Shown: piece after piece, positions 26,215 to 38,466 of the stretch | How the letters are laid out: every line of letters starts with the position of its first letter | How positions within the stretch are numbered: position 1 is the stretch's first letter | Assembly: GCF_006345805.1 (NCBI RefSeq) | Contig: NC_043001.1 | Location: forward strand, 18,042,001-18,106,000 | Reading direction: 5' to 3' | Origin: Octopus sinensis | Lineage: Eukaryota | Length of the DNA stretch: 64,000 nt | Notes under the pieces: generated by a model | Told to the model about the DNA's origin: nothing | What the model saw: only the letters and a program-made list of their open reading frames with translations | Databases searched by the model: none | Program-made: the position numbers and the translations under genes

Positions 26215-27337
26215 AACATGAACAAATCGGTGTAACGAACTTACGTTCCTTCTAATAATGAACCCTGTCGGAATTATGTCCCATTATGCCGAAGTCGACT
26301 GGTCTTTTATCCTTAACAAGATTGATAAACTATAAACCATATAAAGTACCGGAGACGATATAATTTATTAAAACTCTTAAAGGCGGTACCCAAACATTTG
26401 CAAAGTCAAATAGCCGAAACCTGTAAAAGAATAAAATATATATTTTGTTCATTATTTACATTCTTTTGACTGTGGCCATGCTGGAGCACCACCTTTAGTG
26501 GACATTCTTTGTAAGCCTAGTACTTATTCTGTTGGTCTCTTTTGTCGAACCGTTAAGTTACGGAGACGTAAACACACCAGCATCGGTTATCAAGCGATGT
26601 TGGGGGGACAAACACAGACACACAAACATATACATACATATATATATGTAGTTTCCGCCCGTGCCGTTAACCACTGCGCCATATGCCCGTGGGCAATTAT
26701 GGAGTGAATTTTAGGGCTTATAAATCTAATATTTTACTATCCTTCCTTAATACCGGTTACTATATGCTATTCATATCTGCACTCGGAGATATATTTTGTT
26801 GCCTTTGAAATTGTAGAGAACGAGAAACTGTCTCTAACCGAAGTGTTAGTCGCACAGCGGTGACAGCAATCTCTATTTTGAAAAAGATATATTCGCCACT
26901 CAGATTTTTGCAAATACAGTGACCGACTATAAAAATAACACAACACATGTCAATTAAATTAGACACTATTTCAAATACAAAAAAAAAAAAAAATTGCAGT
27001 TACAATTCGATAAGCACAAAAACAAAGTTATGAATGTCGGCTTAAATTACAAAAAGTGTATGAGCAACAAAGAGATGACCAATAGCAACAGAAAACCATC
27101 TCCGTTGACTTTGTGAGCCAAAGGAAGGTATTTGACTCGAGTTAGTTTTGTGCAAAGGAATAAATGGTGCATAGATAAGACAATAAGGGAAGTGAATCTT
27201 TGGTCAATATTTTATCCAAGAAAAGGCAAAGAGGAAAGTGCTATGGCATTGTTTTGCGAAGAGTAACGGTTTATATGCGCTCGTGAAAAGCGGGATGGCA
27301 GGGGAGCGTTCAGTTCTTTCAGTTACCTTCTAAAGTC

Positions 27338-27555
27338 ATACCTATTTCTTTACTACCCACAAGGGGCTAAACACAGAGGGGACAAACGGATTAAGTCGAT
27401 TATATCGACCCCAGTGCGTAACTGGTACTTAATTTATCGACCCCCGAAAGGATGAAAGGCAAAGTCGACCTCGGCGGAATTTGAACTCACAACGTAACGG
27501 CAGACGAAATACGGCTATGCATTTCGCCCGGCGTGCTAACGTTTCTGCCAGCTCG
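27338..27555 (-). mobile_element. SINE family A
   Basis: Head plus one unit. Confidence 0.85.
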
Positions 27556-28391
27556 AGCCGGGTTCCAGGTTTCGTAGCGTATATAATCTCCTGTTGAGCG
27601 GTCCGTCGCAGGCTTACTCAATTTTGCCAGCTGAGTGGACTGGAGCAACATGAAATGAAGTGTTTTGCACAAGAAGACAACACGTCGACGGGTCCAGGAA
27701 TCGAAACCACAATCTTACAACAATGAGTCCAATACCCAAACCCCTAAGCCACGTGCCTCCACAGATAGGGTGGAAGAGGCCTGGATGATGTATAGTACAG
27801 TGAATGCAAAAACTCTCCTGATGGAACAGGGTATATGGAAGTGAAGGTTTGTTAAGACTAAAGATAGCGAGAAAAGGCAGGAACAGTATGCTACACGCTT
27901 GCCCTTATGATAGTACTGCAATCCATGAACAGGAGCTGTACAAGAAATATCAGTGTCAACAAGGACATTTTGCTCCAGTATGATACTGAAAAGTGGTGAG
28001 TGCGGAGATCACTGGCAACCACGTGGTCAGAAAGTGTCCCTAGATATCGCTGTTTTGGTGACCACGAACTACAAATCTATAACCGGAGGTATACACTAAT
28101 GTTAGAATAGAGGGAAGTCAATCGGTGGTGCTGAGCAGAGACCTGGGTGCTACAGATGTAGTATTAATAGCGATTTGAGTGCCTGCTATTTCGAAGAATA
28201 GGAAAAGAGAGAAAAAGAGAGAGGTAGTTGCACGCATCAGGAGACGTAACGAAAATATCAACCCCTGGGTTGGGGCGCAAGTGACAGGCTGCTGTTTCTA
28301 TCCACAAACGTATTGTATGCTAAGGCAAAGGGTTTATAACTATATATAACATACAGTGTTGGTTATATACATTGGTTATATAGTATGTGCA

Positions 28392-28464
<73 letters not shown>

Positions 28465-28532
28465 GATACATACATGCATGCATGCATACAGATAGACAAA
28501 CAGACAGACAGACATATAGACAGATAGATAGG

Positions 28533-28602
<70 letters not shown>

Positions 28603-28619
28603 TCAGAATTGCGTACGCG

Positions 28620-28860
28620 CAGTTAAGGTGCGGTATGGTGATGTGGTGTGTTTTCGGCAAACCTCGTCGAAGTGTGGGAGGTTGATGGAAATGAGAAGGG
28701 TTGAAGAAGGAGTAAGGGAAATCAATCAGCTTGTCATCGTGAGTACTTGGAATATTCCGCTGGTGGCTTCCTGTTTGGCGTTTATGGAGTAATAAAAATA
28801 TTCGGAAGTCACCGATCCGTGAAGAATTGCTCCTCTTAATCAATCCATCACCGGCTAGTC
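28620..28860 (-). mobile_element. Decayed LINE AP-endonuclease fragment (tentative)
   Basis: IGDFRIF...[24 protein letters not shown] resembles the APE motifs GDFN...F..SFNL.Q.V..PT..RG. Confidence 0.4.
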
Positions 28861-29338
28861 GTGATAGGAGTGAGAGGAGGGGAAGAGGTGTGGAAACAGC
28901 GAGGGAGTGAATGAGAGGGAGAGAGAGACGTGGAAAGGAAAGAGGTGGATAGAGGAAGTATAAGAGGGGGAGTAGAGAGAGAGGGGGAGGTTTAAACATA
29001 CAGAGAGCGCAAGAAAAGAAAGGAAGTGAGGGAAGGAGAGACGATGAAATAAGAATGGCAAAAAGGAAAATGTGTCTGTGTGTCTATATATATATATATA
29101 TATACTAAGCAATTAAGGGTTTAGCAACGAATTGCCTTACCACACACCGAATTTAGAAATAGCAGTCAAAGAGATTATAGCTATTTCTTCTACTAAAAGG
29201 GAGATCACGGTAAAGACACAGCATTTGAAAGGCAAATACAAACAGGTAAGAGAGAATGAATTATACACACATCCGTACACACATGCACATATATGCATAT
29301 ACGCATCTCTTCATACACTTACATACACACACACACAC

Positions 29339-29382
<44 letters not shown>

Positions 29383-29580
29383 ACCGCGTGTGTATCGTTG
29401 GCGATTTTTCCTCTGTCTTCCCTTCCTTGGATCTTTCCTTTTTCTATGTTTCTGACGAAGAGCTCCGCTCGAAACGTTAAATCCTCTTTCTTTCTTTCCT
29501 TTCCTGAGCGTCCAATAACACTATACTTCTTCCACGTCCTCGCGTTGTTGTTCTTTCTCTTTGTTCGTGTTTGGATTAAC
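29383..29580 (+). mobile_element. Penelope-like terminal repeat with hammerhead (29448-29482)
   Basis: GTTT-CTGACGA-A-GAGC TCC GCTC-GAAAC-GTT-AAAT; homologous to 9447-9653. Confidence 0.6.
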
Positions 29581-29588
29581 TATATATA

Positions 29589-30401
29589 TATAAACTTAGA
29601 TATGTTTCGATCAAAGGTTGGTCCAGGCCATGTCTAACTTAATAGCACCACCTGATAGGATTATCTAAATCCTATTTAAGCCAAGTTTTGTTTATGGTCC
29701 ATTCAAGTAGTGAGCTTTTGTTGAGTGAGTTCTATCCAGGTATCGGTGGCTTATCCGGTATTCCTTGAAGAAATCTGTCCAGACTCCGTTTAAAGTTGAT
29801 GGGATCCTTTTCCTCTTTGATCTCTTTCGGGACAATGTTAAACAGGGCAGAGCCTGTTGAGGAAAAGAAATTATGTTGCAGTGTACCTATATGCTGTGAT
29901 CCTGAATTGGGCAGGGGACGTATGGCCCGTGGTCCCAGCCTTGGATGAACCTTGAAACTAATGTTCAGGTCGTTTGGGCAAAGTTGGAGGTGTATTCTCC
30001 ACATCGTACAAATAATGTACCGCTCGCGGCGGCGCTGGAAAGAGTTTCAAGGCTTTAAGGCGGTCCCAATAATCGAGAGCAGTCATGCCTTCAATTCGTT
30101 TAGTGAGTGCCCTCTGGGGTGATTCAATCCTCGAGATGTTTTGTCTTGTATTGGGGAGACCTCAGTAGGCAGCAGTATTCGAGGTGTGACCGTACAAAGG
30201 AGGAGAAAAGTGGTATGATGACACGTTGTTCTCTGGACCGGAAGGTTCTTAAGATTCAGGAGCTCATCCTACGAACTATATCGACCTTATTGTTGATGTG
30301 GGCACTCCAACTGAGATTGTCATCAACATTTACGCCCAGGTCTCTGATATTGTTAGAGGCTGTGAGCGGTTCCCCTGAAGGAAGAGAGTATGGCTGTTTT
30401 A
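29589..30401 (-). mobile_element. CR1-clade LINE 3' fragment
   Basis: Colinear with 7540-8390 (KQPYSLPSG...IRDLGV.VDDNLSW). Confidence 0.85.
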
Positions 30402-31069
30402 TGAAGTTTTCCCAACTCCAGCCGTTGTTGTTGAATGTGGATGTTGTATGTGGGAATATTTTAATTGGTTGATATATATATAGTGTTTCACGACCAACTT
30501 TAGATTTGTACCGACTGCCTTTAGATTTGTACTGACAAATATTAGAATTGTATAGACAAATTTTAGAAAATTTACCGATCAACTTTGGAATTATTTCTTT
30601 TATGCATATTTCTAATTAATTTTAGCACTATATTACCATTATATCAAAGATTTTTTTTAATGAAATGTGCATATATATATATATATTATTGATAACAAAG
30701 CAAAACAATAAAAATTTTCTATTTGAAAAGTTTTATAAACAATCTTTATTCATTAATCTAATATTGCTCGATACAAATCTAAAGTTGGTCGGGAAACTAT
30801 ATATATATATAATTTTTATTGTATTGTGTAACATTGTCCGTTTTTTTTCGTCCTTATTTTTGTATACATTCGCTGCTTTCTTCCAAGGAATCTAATGCTC
30901 TTAGCTTAGTTTTCCCTTGGAGCTGGCCAGATTGGAGCAATCTCGAATATAATCAGCCGAAATTGCAAAGATAACCTGGTACTCGACTGAGGAAAGAAAA
31001 CTTCGAATGACCTATCCTTGTTTTCTTTGTATCGTCTATCTGGATGTTTTGCGTTCTTGTCCCATTTTG

Positions 31070-31111
<42 letters not shown>

Positions 31112-31728
31112 ATAGTAAAAAGGGTAATAAAATAAATTATTATTACCAGTGATCTAGCACAAAAGACAAATTAGTCATTTGACTATATGTTATTCATATA
31201 TAAGTACATTAAAAGGCCTCTAAAAGAAGAAGCAAGTACTAGATACACAAAAAGGGAATAAATTCATGAAATGAAAATCAAAAACGTTTACAAACTCAGC
31301 TCATCTTGTACTGCAGTTTCGTCTTTTTTTTAGCAGATGAATGCTAAAAAGACGAAACTGAAGTACAAGATGAGCTGAGTTTGTAAACGTTTTTGATTTT
31401 CATAATATATATATATATATATATATATACGACGGGTTTCTTTCAGCTTTCGTCCACCAAATCCACTCACAAGGGTTTGTTCGCCCCAGAGTTATAGTAA
31501 AAGACATATACCCGAGATTTGACGCAGTGGGACTGAACCTGGAACAACGTGATTGGGAAACAAACATCTTACCTCTCAGCCATGTCTGTGCCTATGTATG
31601 TGTGACGTAACTATTAAATTAAGGTTATTTCTACAGATATCTTATAGAACTTTTAACCAGCACTGATTTCTGCTACATCCTTTCGTTTCGGGACGTCAGG
31701 TGTGTAAACGACCATGCGAGGGGAGAGG

Positions 31729-32651
31729 TGACGAGAATGGCTCCTTTAGTACATCACACGGTCGATAAATAAATACGAAAAGGATAAATGAGTATAAGTG
31801 CCAGAAGGAAAAGAGAGACACAACCGGGTAGAATGTTTAAGAGATTTTATTTATATGTTAACATGTGTGTTTATGCGTCATATATACATAATAATAGACA
31901 GGCCGTCATGTATACAAAGTGTATGTGTGTGCATTAAGTACAGAGCATTGAAAGAGTCTATAATATGACGTTAGAAGAATGTTCAGACACAAGGATGATA
32001 AATACCAGTTCGTAGTCAAGGTACACGATAGTTGAAGTGCAGTAACAAGAAGTTGTGGCAGTAATGCAGAGCCGGTTGAGGTACATGTCGTACGTGAAGC
32101 CGTGGTTACGATGCAGAGCCGGTTACTTGTTACAGGAGTTCTCGCAGATTGTATTTGCTGTTAACCATGGTGAAGTAATTCACAAACAGTGTTGAGATAG
32201 AACCTGTTCGAGGGTTGCTGGTTGCTGTGTACGTAGAGAGATGTTGTTGACGACGTTAAGTAGATGAAGGCGACGAAGAAAGAGATTGCCGTATTCTGTT
32301 GGAAGAATGTTGATAAGTTTCCATGTGTCTGCTGTTGTGTCGTCGCTGGAACTGGATGTGTCCTGTGGGGTCAATGGCTAGACCTTAGAAGGTCTGGAAC
32401 CGAAAGACCTCGAGACGGTGTGAAGCTAGCGTTTTATACTGAGCTATCGGCTCACCGGAAGTTTTGGAAGAGACTTCTCACGTGACTTTATCAGAAGGCT
32501 GCGATTGGTTGGGTTGGATATTGGCGCGCAATAGAGCAAGAGACAAAATGCACCAATACCAAACAGTCAGAGTAGTGGACACAATAGGGTCCAAAAGGGC
32601 GGCCGAAGGCTAGCTGTTATCTACTACGTCCGTATTTATGTATATATAACA
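31729..32651 (-). mobile_element. Putative solo LTR
   Basis: Minus strand reads TGTTATA...CCAAT x2 (32504-32524)...TATAAAA (32432-32438)...AATAAA (31846-31851)...CGTCA. GA-rich flanks, TSD imperfect. Confidence 0.55.
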
Positions 32652-32853
32652 GAGAGAGAGAGAGGAATTTCCCTAAGCGTACGCTACAATGTAAGCAGAC
32701 AATGTGATCGAACACAAAAGTAGTTAAAGAGTGTATATGCTATATTTCGGGGGTTGTTTACCCTTCTTCAGCACTCATCTAACCCGCTATTACCTCCGAA
32801 CACATTGTTTATATAGCCACCGCATACAGCGATGTTATGTTATTGGATATACC

Positions 32854-33266
32854 TATTTCTTTACTACCCTCAAGGGGCTAAACAGAGGGGACAAACAAGG
32901 ACAGACAAACGGATTAAGTCGATTATATCGACCCCAGTACGTAACTAGTACTTAATTTATCGACCCCGAAAGGATGAAAGGCAAAATCGACCTCGGCGGA
33001 ATTTGAACTGAGAACGTAACGGCAGACGAAATACCTATTTCTCTATTACCCACAATGGGCTAAACATAGAGGGGACAAACAAGGACAGACATAAGTATTA
33101 AGTCAATTACATCGGCCCAGTGCGTAACTGGTACTTAATTTATCGACCCCGAAAGGATGAAAGGCAAAGTCGACCTCGGCGGAATTTGAACTCAGAACGT
33201 AATGACAGACGAAATACGGCTACGCATTTCGCCCGGCGTGCTAACGTTTCTGCCAGCTCGCCGCCT
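32854..33266 (-). mobile_element. SINE family A multimer
   Basis: 16 bp TSD TGTTATTGGATATACC (32838-32853, 33267-33282). Confidence 0.9.
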
Positions 33267-33776
33267 TGTTATTGGATATACCAATTTACATATTAGACGC
33301 GTTCCTGCGACTGGTATGTAAAATATTAAAGATTTGTAGGTACATGGTACATCGTTATGCATATTGTGGTACTTCGTTATGTATATTGTGTTTGCATAAC
33401 AAAGTACCACGTACCTACAAATCTTTAATATTGCTATCAAGAACCGCTGGTAATGGCATTTTCAATATTTAGAACAAGGTACCGTTCTGCAGCTTAGATG
33501 AATTCATTTTCAGCTGAGTGGACTCGAGTAATGTAAAATTAAGTGCCTTGCCCAAAGTCACAGTGCGCTTCCACGCTAGGAATCGAACCCATGACATTAT
33601 GATCAACCTAACGACTAGATTATGCGCCTGCGCAAAAAGAAGCAAAGAAATTCAGGAACATGCTACAAAATTATGGTTCGTCTGCTGTCAAACGTAAATG
33701 TTCTTTGCGAATACACTAAAACGTTTGGTTACCCTAGCATTCTGTATATGTCCCTAAACATGAATATACTGTAAAA

Positions 33777-34104
33777 CAATGGTTCTCAACCGGGGTCTGC
33801 ATGGCCCCTGAGGCTCCATATAAGATTTTGTGGGGTCTGCGTAAAAAATAGTAAACTGGGGGGTCCACAATAGTATTTTAGGGACCCCTGAAAAAATTTT
33901 GCTTCGGGCGTATGTATTGTAAGAAACAGCTAGATTTAACAGAGTTCAACCTACACAAGTTAATGTGTGGAGAACAAAATAGGAATTTTGAAAGACATTT
34001 CTATAAAACTAATTTTTAAACATCAAATGGCTATGGGGATCCACTAGAATAAGATAGTTATCGAAGGGGTCCACAGATAAAAGAAAAATCGTTGAGAACC
34101 TCTG
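33777..34104. mobile_element. hAT (Charlie-type) MITE
   Basis: Termini CAATGGTTCTCAACC / CGTTGAGAACCTCTG; 8 bp flanks CTGTAAAA / CTATAGAA fit an NTCTAGAN-like target. Confidence 0.75.
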
Positions 34105-34696
34105 CTATAGAATGTCACACTTTTGTCGTATTCTTCTTGAGAGAGCATCTCGTACAGGTGTATAATGCTAAAAAACACAGAAGGGTCAGTAGCAGCGAAA
34201 AGTGCCCTCCAGCGGCGGTGAAGTTGTTAAATTCAGATTCGTATCCACTGACAATTGTACGATTAAACAGTGATTAACAAATCACTGGTGTCACAAGTAA
34301 CCCTGGTAAGCCGAGTAAAAATTCGTTATTAGTTACGGAAGCAGTATTCGTACCGAATAGCATTCTGTATATCTCACTTGACATGGATTCATTGTAGAAA
34401 ACCATAAGACTGCGGTGTTCGTCTTGAGATAGCATCTTGTATAGACGTATAGTGCTAAAAAGCACAGAAGTATTAGTTACAGACGAAAAGCATCCGGTGG
34501 CGGCGGTGAAATTACTGAATCTAGATTCCTACGCCTTTTGAACACCAGGCGAAATTCGTCTCAGCTTGCGGTTCATACATGATACTCATGACGCGCAAAG
34601 ATACGCTTCTGTCTATTACTGAAAGAACATGCTCTTTATGTTTTTTAACACCATACGTCTATACGAGGTGCTTTCTCAAGACGAATACCACGGTAT

Positions 34697-34942
34697 AGTC
34701 ATAGGTGTGACATAGGCGCAGGCGCAGGCGTGGCATAGGCGCAGGCGTGGCATAGGCGCAGGCGTGGCACAGGCGCAGGCGTGACATAGACGTAGGCGTG
34801 GCGTAGGCGCAGAAGCAGCATAACGCAGGCGTGGTATAGGCGCAGGCGTGGCATAAGCGCAGGCGTGGCACAGGCGCAGGCGTGGCATAGGCGCAGTTGC
34901 AGCATAGTGCAGGTGTGGAATAGCTGCAGGTGTGGCATAGGC
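34697..34942. repeat. GC-rich 18 bp minisatellite (AGGCGCAGGCGTGGCAT-type)
   Basis: About 13 degenerate units with hexamer substructure. Confidence 0.9.
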
Positions 34943-35564
34943 TTATTCTGGTACTTATTCTATCGGAATCTTTTGCCGAAGCGCTATGTTACGGGAACGT
35001 AATCAAGCCAACGCCGGCTGTCGAGCAGTGACCAAGAGAAACAAGTGCAAAGATACAGACACACATACGACGGGCTTCCATGCATTTTCCGTCTATTGAA
35101 TTCACACACAAAGCCTCGGTCGGCTCGGGGCTACAGTAAAAGACTCATGCCCAAGAGGCAGCGCTGTTGACTGCCTTCATTTGAAGTTTTCAATGTTTTT
35201 ATATCACTATGAACTCTACGTGGTCGTACCTAGCCATTTCTGGCACCTTACAGACTGGTGTGACTCGATTCTTAAGAGTCTTCAGATCAAAATTATATAC
35301 AGACAAGAAAATAATTTTATTCTCAAACGCAGGATAGTGCTGATAATATAGAATGAACAGGATAAACTATCCATATTTCAGAGACACGTAATCACAGGGA
35401 TGTGAGTTCGAGCCTCATTACTGGCCGCCGACAGATTTTTCTGCAAAATATGGATATTTTATCCTGTTCATGCTATATTATTAGCATTATCCTGCGTTTG
35501 AGAATAAAATTAGTTTCTTATTTGTGTCTTTCAATACATCTCAACGCTTCTAAAAGCAAATTTT

Positions 35565-35800
35565 GTTGACGGAAACTGAAAGAAGCCCGTCGTGTGTGTA
35601 TGTGTGTTTGTCACCGCAACATCGCTTGACAACCGATGCTGGTGTGTTTACGTCCCCGTAACCTAGCGATTCGGCAAAAGATACCGATAGAATAAGTACT
35701 AGGCTTACAAAGAATAAGTCCTGGGGTCGATTTGCTCGACTAAAGGCAGTGCTCCATCATGGCCGCAGTCAAATGACTGAAACAAGTAAAAGAATAAAAC
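35565..35800 (+). mobile_element. SINE family B 3' part (another minus copy at 34945-35165)
   Basis: Tail match. Confidence 0.8.
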
Positions 35801-36020
35801 AATAAAAGAATATATATACGATTGATTGGACAAAAGAAGGGCACTCAACCAATTTATTGGGAGTTACATGTATGGATCAAAACAGTTAGATTCTGATTCG
35901 TTGGTACTCTTGAGTTTCAAGTATGATGCTAGTCGTCAACCCCGCCCCAGAAATAGCTGACGTCTAGCAGCACGCTTGAAACTCAAAAGTACCAACGAAT
36001 TTGAATCAAACTGTTCTGAT

Positions 36021-36070
<50 letters not shown>

Positions 36071-36786
36071 GATTGGTTGCGGTTCCCTACAGCTGTTTCA
36101 GACGCCTTCTTTATTAATGAATAAAAGTGTTACATCATGCAAAAAAAAACGTTTTCTTCGGGTAAATAAAGATAATAATTAACAATTAGAATTTCTCACA
36201 AAGCAGAACATAGTGCCAAATGACTCAACCAACCTAATGCCGGCGGGAGAGTGATTAGCTTAAGCCAGCACTAAGTTTATATTAATGAACTCGTTATCGA
36301 GACCAGGATAAAAGAAGAAGGTAGGGGTAGAAGTAGAAGGAGGGAAGTGGTGAGAGAAAAAGAAAGGGAGAAGAAGGAGGGGGAAAATACAATATTGTTC
36401 GACCACATGAAGAGTGATAGGATAAAACTAAGGGTTGTAAATAAGATTAACGTTGTGTCTGATACAGTTGACAGAGGTTCTTTGAAGTAAACAACAAGAG
36501 AAATAAAATAGATTAGCAGGCGGGGGGGGGGAATACACACACATATACACTGTATCAGAAGCCACATTACTTTTACTTAAAATTGGATGTTCTATTTAGA
36601 CAAACTTTACTGCGGTAGATACCATGAGAGAAGCTATCGTACAAGCTTTTGGGGCAACTACCGCAGTACAGTTCGTTCCAACAGAACATCAACGTTTAGG
36701 GGGAATAAATGTTACTTCTCGGTATTAATACTGCCACTGTGGCTCATGATATCAGAGCCTGTTCTCTTACTGCTTTTCTGTATACC

Positions 36787-37025
36787 TATTTCTTTATTAC
36801 CCACAAGGGGCTAAACACAGAGGAGACAAACAAGGACAGACAAACGGATTAAATCGATTATATGGACCCGAGTGCGTAACTGGTACTTAATTTATTGGCC
36901 CCGAAAGGATGAAAAGCAAAGTCGACCTCGGCGGAATTTGAACCCAGAACGTAGCGGCAGACGAAATACTGCTAAGCATTTCGCCCGGCGTGCTAACGAT
37001 TCTGCCAGCTCGCCGCCTTTATACC
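36787..37025 (-). mobile_element. SINE family A
   Basis: 15 bp TSD GCTTTTCTGTATACC (36772-36786, 37026-37040). Confidence 0.9.
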
Positions 37026-37084
37026 GCTTTTCTGTATACCACTAGCAAGGAAGTGAGTCACTACTGTCTTTAGTGGTCGAGCGT

Positions 37085-37131
37085 CTATCACCGATGAGAC
37101 CATGGAAGGTCGAAATCACGTGATCTAGTGG
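37085..37131 (+). ncRNA. Type I hammerhead motif (U4C)
   Basis: CTATCA-CCGATGA-GACC ATGGAA GGTC-GAAA-TCACGTGA-TC-TAGTGG. Confidence 0.68.
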
Positions 37132-37577
37132 TGTCGGCGCTGGAATTGTTGGGGATTTATCTCCTCGCTAGCGATATAAACAAGCGTGCAAAATGCACCA
37201 AAAGTTTATATGAGAGCTTCTCTCATGGCAATTGGCACAGTATTATTTGTTCAAACAAAACATCCACGTTTAAGTAGGAATAAATATTACCTGTCGGTTT
37301 TAATACTGCCTCTGTCACTAATACATATTTGTAGGACAACGGTTTCTGATTGATGGACTTGCCTGTATTATTTCTTACTTAGTTCAAATTCCGCCGAGGT
37401 CGTCTTTGCCTTTCGTCCTTTCGGGATCGATAAATTAAGTACCAGTTGTGTACTGGGGTTGATGTAATCAACTAGTCCCCTCCCCCAAAATTCCAGGCCT
37501 TGTGCTTATAGTGAAAAGGATTACTTGTTACTTAGGATTCCATCTTCCTGTTTCATTTATAGCTTCTCCAATCAAAC

Positions 37578-37990
37578 GTGTAGCCAAGTGGTTGGGATAT
37601 TCGGCTAACGATCGTAGGATCATGAGTTCGATTCTCGGCGGCGCGTTGTGTCCTTGAGCAAGACACTTTATTTCACCTTGTTCCAGTCCACTCTGCTGGC
37701 AAAAATGGGTTATACCTGTATTTCAAAGGGCCAGCCTTTTCACAATCTGTGTCACCCTGAATCTCCTTGAGAACTACATTAAAAACTATATATCGCTAGC
37801 GAAAAGGTGAGTCACGACTATCTCTAGTGGTCGAGCGTCTATCACTGATGAGACCATGGAAGATCGAAATCACGTGATCTGGTGGTATCGACGCTGGAGC
37901 GCTCAGCCACTTGCCACATTAATTTTACGAGCAGACTGTTCCGTTTATTGGATCAGTTGGGACATCGTCGTCGTAACCGACGAAGCGCCG
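37578..37990 (+). mobile_element. SINE family F interrupted by a hammerhead module
   Basis: Matches 40658-40983 and 53925-54075, except a ~110 bp foreign segment at ~37775-37895. Confidence 0.75.
37839..37885 (+). ncRNA. Type I hammerhead motif (intact core)
   Basis: CTATCA-CTGATGA-GACC ATGGAA GATC-GAAA-TCACGTGA-TC-TGGTGG; AUC triplet. Confidence 0.74.
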
Positions 37991-38026
37991 TGTTTTTTTT
38001 TGTTTGTTTTTTTTTTTTACTAACTT

Positions 38027-38466
38027 AGGCGTATGAGTGGCTGTGTGGTAAATAGCTTGCTTACCAACCACATTGTTCCGTGTTCATTCCCACTGCGTGG
38101 CACCTTGGGCAAGTGTCTTCAACTATAGCCTCGGGCCGACCAAAGCCTTGTGAGTGGATTTGGTAGACGGAAACATATATATATATATGTGTGTGTGTAT
38201 ATATGTATATATATATAATATATATGTGTGTATGTATGTGTGTGTGTGTATACGTTTGTGTGTTTGTGTTTGTTCTCCCAACGTCGCTTGACAACCGATG
38301 CTGCTGTGTTTACGTCCCTGTAACTTAGCGGTTCGGCAAAAGAGACCGATATAATAGATACTAGGCTTACAAAAGAATAAGTCCTGGGGTCGATTTGCTC
38401 GACTAAAGGCGGTGCTCCAGCATGGACACAGTCAAATGACTGGAACAAGTGAAAGAGTAAAAGAGT
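38027..38466 (+). mobile_element. SINE family B, full length (further copies 38713-38935 minus, 39322-39805 minus)
   Basis: Head and tail match. Confidence 0.85.

Noticed and set aside
27768-28100. GGRGL motif suggesting an R4/NeSL-type RT end
   Set aside because: Five-residue match surrounded by stops; too weak.
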